From contig OZ244922.1 of the NCBI GenBank assembly GCA_965221905.1, positions 2,080,001 through 2,144,000 on the forward strand: DNA of 64,000 nucleotides, written 5' to 3'. The translations under genes were made by a program, and so were the position numbers. Source of the stretch: Chloroflexota bacterium (GTDB taxonomy: Bacteria > Chloroflexota > UBA11872 > VXOZ01). Under the pieces are notes generated by a model, which saw only the letters and a program-made list of their open reading frames with translations, made no database searches and was not told the DNA's origin. Of this stretch, positions 8,899-19,291 are shown one piece after another; position 1 is the stretch's first letter; the number at the start of each line of letters is the position of its first letter.

Positions 8899-9633
8899 GA
8901 ATAGCTTCGAGAAAGGGAGCGCGCTGCTAGACCTAATTCGGCACTCTCACGTTGCGATTGTTCTGAAGTCAACGAACGCCCTAGGTCAAGCGTCAGTAAG
9001 CCAGCATGGGTGCAGTCATTCGAGGGACCTATGCCCCAATGCTTCCCACGATCTTGCTCTCCTCTAACGATCTGTAGACGACCTAGCGCTGTGCGCGCTA
9101 AGCTACCACGCTGCAGAGCTTTGGGGTGGGTTTTGGGCACAAAGTGGAGACAATGAGTCTGAGGCGCACCGGGCCCAGAGCAGTTTGGAAGATAGTGAGG
9201 GCGGACCTCCCACAGTATGACCTCTAGCGCGTACTAGCGCTTGACACGAGGGCGGAATTAGCCGGAGGTGCTCGTAACTTTGTCAGCCCGGCAGTTTACG
9301 CCCGGCGTAGTGGGAGGGACTAGCTATGTGGACCGCTAGGAAGTCCAACAATGGGACATAGGGGTGCTTTCGAGGGGGATCGCTCTGCCCGGATACAGGC
9401 TTGAATTGAATGGGCTCTTGGCGCCGGCAGGCAGAATTAGACCAGCCATCTCAAATTTCTAGGAAGTCTCTTGTAGAGTTAACTCGCTGTGCGTTCTTCA
9501 CGCACCCAGTGGCGATATCGGCAAGGGGAGCGACATTTGCACTGATACAAAAATGCGCACAGTGCTCCCTGTCCTCTCTCGAAGGAACAGTTCTCATCTG
9601 CTGCGAGCATCTCCAACTTTGACCAAACTGGGA

Positions 9634-10485
9634 CTAGCGCGGCGACCGCTGGCATTCTGCCATGTACATATTGGTTTCTTCGTTGAGCAGCGGGTGATTC
9701 AGGGCCTCGTTGCCACTATCGTATACATGAGAGGGCGGGACTCGATAATCCATGAAAGCATGGCACAACCGACCCCAACTCCCGTCGATATCTCCTTCAA
9801 CGTAGAATCCGTGCCAGGGCGCATCAGAAATAGGGTTAGAGGAGGAAGGCTCTGGAGTGGGAGTGGGGTCGAGAGCAGACCCCACTCGGATATCAGCCTG
9901 TCTGGATTGTTGAGATTGGGACGTAGTCCCGGGCGGCCGCTCAGGTCCAAGGCCGCAATTGTGCTCATACACCCAACGTGCCGCGGCGTGCGACCCCCAG
10001 GTACTCACGAAAAGGTCCTGCACGTGAGCAGGCTGATCGGTAAGTATCGTTCCGTCCCGCGCCTCCAGCGCGCCGGTGTACTCTGTGTATGGGCACTGGT
10101 CGGAAATAGAAGGAGTCTGCGGCGCATAGCCAGAACCAAGCGTGCAGTTGTGCTCGAATACCCAACGCGCAGCCGCGTCCTCTCCCCAAGTATTCGCGAA
10201 GAGTTCTCGCACGTCGGCGGTCTGATCGGATAGCCGCTTGCCGTCTCGGGCCACGATTGCACCCGTGTAGGCTGCTGGTGTACAATAATCTACCGGCGAG
10301 GCAAAGGCAGTGTTTATGTGCCAGGTACCGGCGGCTACCACTGCCAATAGCCCGATCGAGAACGCGACGACGATAGCAAAGCCGGATGGGCCGGTGACCG
10401 ATCGCCGCACGCTACGCAGCCAGTGCGAAAAACACACTGTTAGTGCTAGGGTCACGTACACTTTGTTCACGTGCAGCCTCCTCAT
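9634..10485 (-). CDS. Hypothetical exported protein with two tandem Cys-bounded 47-aa repeats
   Basis: Hydrophobic signal-like segment ending AFA, internal duplication, Pro/Ser/Thr-rich linker. Start codon uncertain. Confidence 0.75.
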   Translation of the reverse strand: MRRLHVNKVYVTLALTVCFSHWLRSVRRSVTGPSGFAIVVAFSIGLLAVVAAGTWHINTAFASPVDYCTPAAYTGAIVARDGKRLSDQTADVRELFANTWGEDAAARWVFEHNCTLGSGYAPQTPSISDQCPYTEYTGALEARDGTILTDQPAHVQDLFVSTWGSHAAARWVYEHNCGLGPERPPGTTSQSQQSRQADIRVGSALDPTPTPEPSSSNPISDAPWHGFYVEGDIDGSWGRLCHAFMDYRVPPSHVYDSGNEALNHPLLNEETNMYMAECQRSPR

Positions 10486-10806
10486 TCGCTATTTAGAGCT
10501 ACGATTGCCGTAGTGGGGAATCCAGCAAGAAAATTGGATGAATCGTCAGCAGACGGTGTATGGGGGAAGGGCGAATCGGTCCGATTACAGAATGGAAATA
10601 GAAAAGTAGGCAGAATACCAGTTAAGCGTGAAGATGCTTACGGTCATAAAGGGAAAGAAATCGTCAAAGAATGGCACCGAGGATGGCACCACAAAGAAAA
10701 CACTGATCTGGATTGGAATTTCTAAAGGGAGATCCTATAATGCCAGACAACGAAAAATAAGTCAAATTTGGTCTTGCAATCTCGTCTAATTCGTGGGAAT
10801 ACTCAT

Positions 10807-11226
10807 ATGCCATACGCCGAATGGATACTACTTATTTGCGCTGTTTTGTTCGCTCTGCGCGTAATCGGGCAGGTGAACGTTGCGCTATATGCCCCACGGT
10901 GGTTGCCGGCGATGGAACATTGGTATTCGGGGCTGATGCCATACCGCTACCTGCTGCCGGCACAACTGTTCCTGCTGGCGCTCATGGTTCTCATCGTTGC
11001 CGACGTGTTTCGGGGCGATGGATTCTTTGTCGCGGGCGGTTGGGGATCCGTGGCCACGCCTCTAAGGCTTGCAGCAGTGATGTATTTCTCTTCCATGGCT
11101 GTGCGTTACGTGCTGACCATGACCTTTAGACCGGAAAGAAGGTGGTTCAAACGCACCATCCCAATCTGGTTTCACATGGTGTTGGCAACAGCCCTATGGA
11201 CGTTTGGCAACTATCACAGTCCGTAA
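10807..11226 (+). CDS. Hypothetical integral membrane protein (about 4 TM)
   Basis: Hydrophobic ORF with an RVIGQ...WLP..EHWYSGL.PY motif; likely ATG at 10807. Confidence 0.75.
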   Translation: MPYAEWILLICAVLFALRVIGQVNVALYAPRWLPAMEHWYSGLMPYRYLLPAQLFLLALMVLIVADVFRGDGFFVAGGWGSVATPLRLAAVMYFSSMAVRYVLTMTFRPERRWFKRTIPIWFHMVLATALWTFGNYHSP

Positions 11227-12347
11227 CTCGCGTCGATCAGCCGCGCTATGCGCTTTGCATCTATGGCAATGTTGTACAAGCCGCCTCTACCGTCATAGTT
11301 GTGCCCTACAAAGTAGAGACTTGGGAGCTCCAGGCTCCGCACGCGGTCCCGTCGTTTGGCGAAGCCGCAATCGTCTCTGGCACTGAAGGCCCCCATCCAA
11401 TCTATTGCCGAGCGGTAGCCGGTTGCTAGTATCACGGAGTCAAAGTCACGTTGAGCCCCGTCGGTGAAGGCCGCTCCCTGCGGCGTAAAGCACTTTATGC
11501 CTGGTAGGAGCGCTATAGATTCAGACCGCACCGCATTTGCTAGCTTCATTCCGATCAGTGGAACGTCCGGGCAGTTGCTGAAACCTGTCTTGCGCGGAAT
11601 TGGGTTGCCGCCCCGGACAGCCGCACCCACCAATCCGAATAGTCTGGTCAGGCGTTGCTGCAGACGCCGGGGCATCCAGGAAATTGCCCACCCCAGATAT
11701 TGGCTTGGAAGCCCTGCGATGCTCCTGGGCACGGTATTCGCCCCGGACCTGACAGACACGGCCACTCTTGCCCCAATGCCTGCTAGCTCCACCGCAATCT
11801 CTGCGCCGGAATTCCCAATGCCAACTACCAACACGCGTTGGGCGGCAAAGTTCTCAGGCTCTCTGTATGCTGAACTGTGGAATAGGTTCCCCTTGTACGT
11901 TTCTGCACCTTCAATGTCCGGTACCACCGGAGATGACATGATCCCGGTCGCCACCACTACGGCGGGCGCCGCAAGTGGACCTTCATTGGTTTCAATCCGC
12001 CAGTTAGTCCCGTCCCGCTCGAGCGCCTTCACCTCGACGCCAAGGCGCATTGGGAAGTGGAATCGCTCTGCATAGCTTGCCATGTAGCTCATAAACTCGG
12101 CGCGCGAGGGGAAGAGACTCGTGCCTCTAGGGAATGGCATCCCAGGCAGTGCGCTGAGGTGTCTGCCGGTATGTAAGCAGAGGCTTTTATACGTCTGCCC
12201 CCACATCCAACCTGGGTAAGCGCCCTTCTCAAGGATTATATTGGGTACGCCCCGCGCACCCAATTGTTGCGAAACGGCAAGTCCACCCGGCCCCCCGCCA
12301 ACAATCACGACGTGCGGAGGCGGCGCTGTTTGGGTTGAAGCTGTCAC
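11214..12347 (-). CDS. Flavin-containing monooxygenase (FMO/YUCCA/CzcO-like)
   Basis: GGGPGG FAD motif, YKGNLFHSSAY FMO motif, GIGNSG NADPH motif, ATGY. Confidence 0.88.
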   Translation of the reverse strand: MTASTQTAPPPHVVIVGGGPGGLAVSQQLGARGVPNIILEKGAYPGWMWGQTYKSLCLHTGRHLSALPGMPFPRGTSLFPSRAEFMSYMASYAERFHFPMRLGVEVKALERDGTNWRIETNEGPLAAPAVVVATGIMSSPVVPDIEGAETYKGNLFHSSAYREPENFAAQRVLVVGIGNSGAEIAVELAGIGARVAVSVRSGANTVPRSIAGLPSQYLGWAISWMPRRLQQRLTRLFGLVGAAVRGGNPIPRKTGFSNCPDVPLIGMKLANAVRSESIALLPGIKCFTPQGAAFTDGAQRDFDSVILATGYRSAIDWMGAFSARDDCGFAKRRDRVRSLELPSLYFVGHNYDGRGGLYNIAIDAKRIARLIDASYGL

Positions 12348-12597
12348 GATCTGAACCTCTATACCTTCGAAACTCTAGTTTTCTCAATACGGCCATAGTC
12401 GGGTATAAAACGCGCTGCCGCAACCTTGTTCAGGTCAAGGAATATGATGCGTTCTCCTGTGGAGCAACCGGATCGATCCAAGTGCATGCCGCTAAGCCTA
12501 AGGTCATCTAAAGTAGTACACTACGGAAGGCCGCAAGGCATGTAATTCATGCCTTTTACACGAATTGACGAGCAGGCAATTTCCAGTCAGGGGTCGT

Positions 12598-13467
12598 ATG
12601 CGTATCCTAATTACGGGTGGCAACGGACAACTGGCGTACGACTTGACGCGTACGCTGACAGTACATGAGGTGCATGCTCTGCCTCGCCGGGAACTGGACA
12701 TCTGCAACCCTGCACAGGCGGCTGCCGTCGTTCGTGCCATAGGGCCGGATGTGCTCATAAACACGGCTGCTTTCCACCGCGTAGACGATTGTGAGATACA
12801 GCAGGAGCCTGCTTTTGCCACCAATGCCCTTGCCGTGCGGCATCTTGCCCAACTCTGTAGAGAGTTGGACGCCCAGTTCGTCCATTTTAGTACGGACTAC
12901 GTGTTCGGCGGCCAAGCAAAGCGCGACCCGTTGACCGAAGGTGATGCGCCCGCCCCGCTCTCAGTATACGGAACATCCAAGCTGGCCGGGGAGTACCTTG
13001 CACTGCTGACGTGGCATAGAGCGGTAACTATCCGCACGTGCGGGCTCTACGGCGTTGCCGGCACAAGCGGCAAGGGCGGTAACTTTGTCCGAACAATGCT
13101 TCGCAAAGCTAGTGAAGGGGCGGCACTCCGGGTGGTCGACGACCAAGTGTGTACACCCACGTCCACCAAGGACTTGGCAGAGAAAATAGCATGGCTCATC
13201 ACCCAAGATATTTCCGGCGTCGTGCACATCACGAATGCCGGTTCCTGCACGTGGTATGAATTCGCCAAAGCAATCTTTGAACTGGCCGGTGTGGAGGCAA
13301 GCCTTTCACCAACTACGTCACAGGAGTACGCCACTCCCGCGACGCGCCCGCCCTACTCGGTCCTCTCAAATGAACGGCTCGCTGCCCTCAACCGCAACGA
13401 CCTTCGAACCTGGCGGGAAGCGCTAGCCGACTACCTAGAGGAAGCGAACAGAGGGACTAAAGACTGA
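12598..13467 (+). CDS. rfbD: dTDP-4-dehydrorhamnose reductase
   Basis: MRILITGGNGQLA, STDYVF, YGTSK, VDDQVCTPT, RPPYSVL. Confidence 0.92.
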   Translation: MRILITGGNGQLAYDLTRTLTVHEVHALPRRELDICNPAQAAAVVRAIGPDVLINTAAFHRVDDCEIQQEPAFATNALAVRHLAQLCRELDAQFVHFSTDYVFGGQAKRDPLTEGDAPAPLSVYGTSKLAGEYLALLTWHRAVTIRTCGLYGVAGTSGKGGNFVRTMLRKASEGAALRVVDDQVCTPTSTKDLAEKIAWLITQDISGVVHITNAGSCTWYEFAKAIFELAGVEASLSPTTSQEYATPATRPPYSVLSNERLAALNRNDLRTWREALADYLEEANRGTKD

Positions 13468-13823
13468 CGGCGTCTGGCAGTGCAGCAGGCTCTTGTGAAC
13501 AAATGCACTGTGATGGAGTTGCCTCGTCCACGTTCGTGGGGCGAATTGCACAGTCTGACGGTGACAAGGGACTTACCCAAGTCCTTCTCTCCCATCCCGC
13601 AGCCCGGCGCGGGTCGCCTCGAAGTGCCTCTCGACCTGACCTCCCAACAGCATGCTGCCTATCACAACGAGCCAAGAATACAAACGCGCTCCCGTAAACA
13701 CAATCAAGAGCGATTGCCTGGAAAGAACAAGCTATGCCCTGGCAGCGGCCCGCAGCATTAGAATTCTTCAAGAGTATCGACGCCAAGCGCTTCTCTGTGT
13801 GCCACCTACCAAGCGTATCTTGC

Positions 13824-14288
13824 CTAGAGTCTAGGTAGTCTTCCTAAGGACTCCGTGAACGCCTGAAACACCATAATTGGAATCGAAAACAAGCCCAGCA
13901 TCCAACCAAGGAAAAGGCCGTTGCGAAAGTTGAGCGTCTGTGTTCCTTCCTTCATGGAGAGAGCGAGCGCAATAGGCAAGAATGAAAAGAACAAGCCGCC
14001 GATGAAAATGAACAGAGCGTAGTCCCCAGCAGACTCACCGATGAGGCGATCCAGGTTCAGGAGCGGCCGAGTTGGCTGGGTAAACCGATCGAGTTGCGGT
14101 ATGACGTTCAGCAATAAGATACCTAGCGACCAGAGCCACGTCGTCGAACCCGCTGCACTACACATGGCGCCAGCTATGAAGCCGACCATAAATCCTAGCG
14201 GGTCGCTCTCTTCGATCTGCTGCTCCGGTCGATGCTCGGGCAGTCTCTGGGGGCCCCTGTCCGTATCTTCCATTGCACTTGCTACCAT
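13824..14288 (-). CDS. Hypothetical membrane protein
   Basis: Three to four hydrophobic segments; fills the gap between rfbD and the MraY-like gene. Confidence 0.6.
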   Translation of the reverse strand: MVASAMEDTDRGPQRLPEHRPEQQIEESDPLGFMVGFIAGAMCSAAGSTTWLWSLGILLLNVIPQLDRFTQPTRPLLNLDRLIGESAGDYALFIFIGGLFFSFLPIALALSMKEGTQTLNFRNGLFLGWMLGLFSIPIMVFQAFTESLGRLPRL

Positions 14289-14427
14289 TTGGGTGACAGG
14301 CTCGTCCGATACCGTTATTGTACCGCCGCCATAGCACCTGCGTCTAAGTCTAATTACCGGGCAAGTGTGATGGTATACTGATTGCTACTAACGGCCCGCC
14401 TTCGCAGCTTCTTTTCTGGCTTGGATA

Positions 14428-15522
14428 ATGCAACCGACCACGAGCACACTCTTGCTTGTCCTATTCTCCGCTACGGTAGTCGCCTTGCTTCTGACTGACG
14501 CTGTGCGGCGAATTGCGTTCCGGCTGCAATGGTTGGACATACCAGGGATAGGGAGAGTACACGCTAAGCCGGTGCCGCGCATCGGCGGTCTCGCCATCTT
14601 CGCGGCCTTCACGGGAACTTTTCTCGTTGCAATATGGTTGTTGGAAGACCTCACGTTTGATACTAAGTATCTCGGCTTACTCTTGGGCGCCGGCCTCATC
14701 ACGCTCGTGATGTTCATTGACGATGTCCGGGGGTTGCCTCCGCTTCCCAAGTTTGTCGCGCAAATCGTTGCGGCCGGCATAGCCATTTCATTCGGCATCT
14801 TCATTGAATTCGTGCGCGACCCCTTCGGCGGTAGTGTTTCCTTTCCTGGCTGGCTCGCCGAGTCCATGGAAGGCCATATCCACTTTCCGTTTTGGCTCTC
14901 GGTGATCATCACGTTGTTTTGGATCGTCGGCATGATGAATGCCATTAACTTCGTAGACGGGTATGACGGCTTGGCCGGTGGCCTCTCGTTCATTGGCGCT
15001 GGCGTACTCTTCTTTCTCAGCATTTCGCTGCAGCAGTTTAGCATTGCTTTTCTCCCGCTCATCCTCGCCGGTGCGATTCTCGGCTTTCTCCCCTTCAACG
15101 TGTACCGCGCACGCATCATCATGGGGGATAGCGGCTCCCACTTCTTAGGCTTTGCTCTAGGGACGATTGCTATCACTGGCGGCGCGAAGCTCGCCACTAC
15201 CTTGCTTATCTTTGGGGTACCGGCCATTGACGTGGCCTGGTCGATCATTCGGCGCACCTTACAGGGAGGACGCTTCTACCACCGGGATACAAGCCACTTG
15301 CATCATCGCCTTTCGGAACTTGGTCTGCCGCCGTTAGGCATCGCGTTTGTCTACTGGTCGTTGTCCGCAGCTTTTGGCACCATCGCCCTGCTGCTGCCGA
15401 CACCACTGCAAAAGGTCTATGCGCTTGGCATTCTTGGTGTCATAGTTATCGCTTTGCTCGTCGTGCTCGCACGCGGCGGCAAGACAAGAGAAAACTCTCA
15501 GGAACCCGATCGAGGGAAGTAG
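14428..15522 (+). CDS. MraY/WecA/TagO family undecaprenyl-phosphate GlcNAc-1-phosphate transferase
   Basis: PVPRIGG, IDD, NAINFVDGYDGLA, IIMGDSGS, HLHHRL; multi-TM. Confidence 0.92.
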   Translation: MQPTTSTLLLVLFSATVVALLLTDAVRRIAFRLQWLDIPGIGRVHAKPVPRIGGLAIFAAFTGTFLVAIWLLEDLTFDTKYLGLLLGAGLITLVMFIDDVRGLPPLPKFVAQIVAAGIAISFGIFIEFVRDPFGGSVSFPGWLAESMEGHIHFPFWLSVIITLFWIVGMMNAINFVDGYDGLAGGLSFIGAGVLFFLSISLQQFSIAFLPLILAGAILGFLPFNVYRARIIMGDSGSHFLGFALGTIAITGGAKLATTLLIFGVPAIDVAWSIIRRTLQGGRFYHRDTSHLHHRLSELGLPPLGIAFVYWSLSAAFGTIALLLPTPLQKVYALGILGVIVIALLVVLARGGKTRENSQEPDRGK

Positions 15523-15524
15523 GC

Positions 15525-16508
15525 ATGCGCTACCGGGTGCTCGTTACCGACTACGTTTGGCCTACTCTGGATAGAGAGCGAGCCATTCTCGAACCGCTTG
15601 GCGTGGAGTTGGTCCCGTCGCCCAGCGGCGATGAAGAGACCCTGGTGCAGCTTGCCGCTGGCGTAGACGGCATAATGACGTGCTTTGCCAGCGTAACCCC
15701 GGCAGTGGTGCGCGCCTCCAATAAACTTAGAGTCATTGCGCGCTACGGCATCGGCGTCGACAATATCGCTGTGGACGTCGCTACGAGCCGTGACGCGGTT
15801 GTCACGAATGTGCCTGACTACTGTGTTGAAGAAGTGGCGGAACATGCGCTGGCGTTGCTCTTTGCCAGCGCCCGCAAACTCGCGCGCTATGATCGAGAAG
15901 TGCGCAATGACAACTGGAATAGCAAAGTTGGCATGCCGCTCTATCGTATTCAAGGCAAGACTTTGGGAGTAGTCGGCTTTGGGCAAATCGGCAGAGAGGT
16001 GGCCGCAAAAGCGCAAGCCCTGGGCCTGCACGTCATCGCCCACAGCCCTCGCCTGACACCCGCAGAAGCTCATGTGGCAGGCTGTAGGGCGGTTGACTTG
16101 CCCGATCTTCTGCAAACAGCAGACTTTGTCAGCTTGCACTTGCCGCTGAACCCCCAAACGATACACATGTTCGACCGGGAACAGTTCGATTTGATGAAGC
16201 CCGGTGCAATCTTCATCAATACATCACGCGGCGGTTTGGTTGACAGCGCCGCCCTTGCCGGGGCACTTGCATCCGGACGGGTTGCCGCTGCCGGTATCGA
16301 CGTGCTGCCCCAAGAGCCGCCGGCTGCCGGCGATTCACTCCTCAGTCAGGAGAATCTCATCATTACCCCCCACGTCGCGTTCTACAGCGAGGAATCGCTC
16401 GCGGCACTCCAAAGCCGGACGGCACATGCAGTTGCACGGGTACTGCAGGCACAAATGCCGGAAAGTGTCGTCAATTCGGAGGTTTTGGAACGAGTGGTAC
16501 TGCGGTAA
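15525..16508 (+). CDS. D-isomer-specific 2-hydroxyacid dehydrogenase (CtBP-like)
   Basis: RYGIGVDN, NVPDYC, GFGQIG, INTSRG, DVLPQEP, TPHVAFYS. Confidence 0.9.
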   Translation: MRYRVLVTDYVWPTLDRERAILEPLGVELVPSPSGDEETLVQLAAGVDGIMTCFASVTPAVVRASNKLRVIARYGIGVDNIAVDVATSRDAVVTNVPDYCVEEVAEHALALLFASARKLARYDREVRNDNWNSKVGMPLYRIQGKTLGVVGFGQIGREVAAKAQALGLHVIAHSPRLTPAEAHVAGCRAVDLPDLLQTADFVSLHLPLNPQTIHMFDREQFDLMKPGAIFINTSRGGLVDSAALAGALASGRVAAAGIDVLPQEPPAAGDSLLSQENLIITPHVAFYSEESLAALQSRTAHAVARVLQAQMPESVVNSEVLERVVLR

Positions 16509-16544
16509 TTTGGAAAATCATGAGTCTTGTGAGGAGAATGAGGA

Positions 16545-17387
16545 ATGGCGATGTATGACTTTGCGGGACGAGTAGCCATTGTTACCGGCGGGGCCTCGGG
16601 AATCGGCGGGGCTACTGCCAGGCGGCTGGCCGCCGACGGCGCCAAGGTTCTTGTCGCTGACATCAACGAGGCGGCGGCTCAAGAGAGTGCGTCGAGGATC
16701 CGTGATGCGGGCGGCGAGGCCGATGTAGCGGTAACGGACGTGAGCAGTTCCGCGGACATTATCGCGATGATCGACCGCGGCGTGGAGCTTTGGGGACGGT
16801 TGGACATTCTGGTGAATAACGCCTATTCACCGACCGCAGCCAATGACACCAGTGCTCTCGAAACTACGGAAGAAGCTTGGGATACCGGCATGGCAATTCT
16901 CGCCAAAGCGATTTTCCTGGCCAGCAAGCACGCCATACCGCATATGGAGCAGAGCGGCGGCGGAAGTATTATAAACATGTCGTCCGTGCATGGGCTGCTC
17001 CAGTCTCCCGGCTTTCTCGTCTACGAAGCAGGCAAGAGCGCAGTGATCGGCATGACCCGCCAAATGGCGATTGACTTCGGGCCCCGCGGTATTCGTGTGA
17101 ACGCAATTTGCCCCGGCCATATTGTGACCGAACAAATTCAAGCCCGCATGTGGCAGGAGAATCCCAGCGGCTATGCCTTCTTCGAAGAACAGTACCCATT
17201 GCGGCGTTGCGGCAAGCCTGAGGAGATCGCCAACGCCATTGCGTTTCTCTGCTCAGAGCAAGCAAGTTTCATAACCGGCCATTCGTTGGTGGTCGATGGC
17301 GGCCTGACCATTCAATTGCAGGAAAACTTGGGTGTGCGGCTTGCGCAATTTGTGCAAAAGAATCCTGAGACAGACCTCCCCTACTAA
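16545..17387 (+). CDS. SDR family oxidoreductase
   Basis: TGGASGIG, NNA, YEAGK, PG, VDGG. Confidence 0.92.
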   Translation: MAMYDFAGRVAIVTGGASGIGGATARRLAADGAKVLVADINEAAAQESASRIRDAGGEADVAVTDVSSSADIIAMIDRGVELWGRLDILVNNAYSPTAANDTSALETTEEAWDTGMAILAKAIFLASKHAIPHMEQSGGGSIINMSSVHGLLQSPGFLVYEAGKSAVIGMTRQMAIDFGPRGIRVNAICPGHIVTEQIQARMWQENPSGYAFFEEQYPLRRCGKPEEIANAIAFLCSEQASFITGHSLVVDGGLTIQLQENLGVRLAQFVQKNPETDLPY

Positions 17388-17713
17388 ATGCCAAGCCTAA
17401 GCTAAGGCTAGCAGTCGAGGATGACCACAGTGGTCGCGGCAATTGGTTGAGGACAGCGCCGAGTCCAGAGAATGCTTGCGCCGACTAATGTGTTGCTTGA
17501 CTGTGGCTCGAAGAGGGTCATACGTATCGCCAAATTGTGGGCAGTGTCACTCTCGGCTCAGCACATGCAGACCGGCGTACTCAGTTTGCCGCTCCCAATG
17601 AGTGTTTGCCAGGTTGGAGCCAACGTCCGATGGACGTCGACAGCTTTGTTCTGGGAAACCTTTGCAGCGGGTAAAGAAGACCGACGTGTTACGTCTCTGA
17701 GAAATGCCGCCCA

Positions 17714-18433
17714 TTACTCGAGACCTGAACGGGACCGACTCCGGAGTTGCCAGCACAGCCGAAAGAACTGCAATGCTTCGCCTGTGCTTAGCTTGGATTT
17801 TCCGTGCCGACGTTCTACGAACGTAATGGGAGCTTCAGTCACGCGGGCCTGGGTCGCTCTGACCACTATTTCGAGAAGCAGCTTGAACCCTTCCGGTTGC
17901 AGCGAGGGCAGCAGCGGCGCAACGGTCTCCCGGCGGAAAGCCGCGAAGCCGGACGTGGCATCGCGAATGTCCAGGCCAAGTGCCTTTTGGGCTAGCATCC
18001 CCGCTGCGCGACTCATGAGCCGACGCCGCAGAGGCCATCCTTGAGTTGCCCCTCCAGATATATAGCGAGAACCGACAACGATATCGGCATTCGCTAAGGC
18101 TTCCAATAGTATTGGCAGGTCTTGGGGGCGATGGGATAAGTCGGCGTCCATCATCACCCAGTAATCCCCCTTGGCTATAGAGAATCCGGCAGCCACTGCG
18201 CTGCCGAGACCTAGTTTCCGAGGGCGTTCCACCAGACGGATCGATGGACATTCGGCTGCCGCACTACGTACAACATCGGCAGTGCCATCCGGACTGCCGT
18301 CGTCGACCACTATCACCTCGTATTCCCAGGTCGCTTCCAGAGCGGCTCTTAGTCCGGAGATGAGCAAGGCTATATTGTCCCTTTCGTTATACGTGGGAAC
18401 CACTATGGAGATAGCTGCTCTGTTCTCTGTCAT
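17714..18433 (-). CDS. Polyprenol-monophosphomannose synthase-like GT2 (DPM1/Ppm1 family)
   Basis: VVPTYNE, VDDGSPDGT, MDADLSH, GSRY, DATSGF, GKSKL. Confidence 0.9.
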   Translation of the reverse strand: MTENRAAISIVVPTYNERDNIALLISGLRAALEATWEYEVIVVDDGSPDGTADVVRSAAAECPSIRLVERPRKLGLGSAVAAGFSIAKGDYWVMMDADLSHRPQDLPILLEALANADIVVGSRYISGGATQGWPLRRRLMSRAAGMLAQKALGLDIRDATSGFAAFRRETVAPLLPSLQPEGFKLLLEIVVRATQARVTEAPITFVERRHGKSKLSTGEALQFFRLCWQLRSRSRSGLE

Positions 18434-19291
18434 GTGGACATGCGTACGTTGAGAATGCAATCCGAATATGTGTGGGGGAAAAGCAAAGATACTCTATTGA
18501 GAAGTAGCTAGAATGAGATTGGCTCATCCACAGCTACATTGGCGGCCGTTGTCTCCAACACCTATACACAATTGACTACCTCTTCCCTAATCCGCAATAG
18601 AGTAAAGAAGAGGGAGAGAGTTGCGTTGGTATCCTACTCTTGCGGTGTGTGCAAACCTCGTTAACACTCCCAATACTTCACGCGTGACTTGATGGTATGC
18701 TTTCACATCCTCTAATGAAAGAGAGTGCAATGGCTGCAATCTATGTCTGCAATGGGTAAATCATGCTCACGCATCGAAATAGAACAGATTTGCGATAATC
18801 CCGCTTCCACGTGAGTTAAGGTTTAAAGTCTTCCCTGAGAAGCATCACTTGCTAGTCTCCAATTCATTGAGACCAGACTACTATAATTTGCCCCAGGCCC
18901 ACTAGAACAAGGATTGACCATCCAACATTTTAACGATTGTTAGATAATTAAGATAGATCGCCCATCTGCCTTTCTCTAGTGGAACGACTATCCTAATTAA
19001 CACCAAGCAAAATATACATCGAGCTGTGGAGTTTCGCCGCCATCTATGGGGACCAATTCGCAAGAGTGGCTAAACGGAAAATGCAAAGCAGTCGTAGGAA
19101 CCGGTGAGTAATTAGGATTAGGCTTTCCCCTGACCCGCACTCTTGGCGTGAAGTGCAGGGGTGGCAACGAGAGACAGTAAGGGTGATTGGACTGCAGAGC
19201 GCTCACCTAACGCGTTAGTAGAGGCCATAGCCGATAGGCGACTGTCAAGAGACCCGCATCACATGAGAGCAAATTACTTGGATTTCATATC

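Noticed and set aside
11214-12347. FMO as trimethylamine monooxygenase feeding the TorS-like sensor
   Set aside because: It is short (377 aa) and YUCCA/CzcO-like, lies about 7.5 kb away with unrelated genes between, and no TMAO genes are present.
13480-13761. 93-aa ORF after rfbD
   Set aside because: No recognisable motif or convincing start; several competing short ORFs overlap it.
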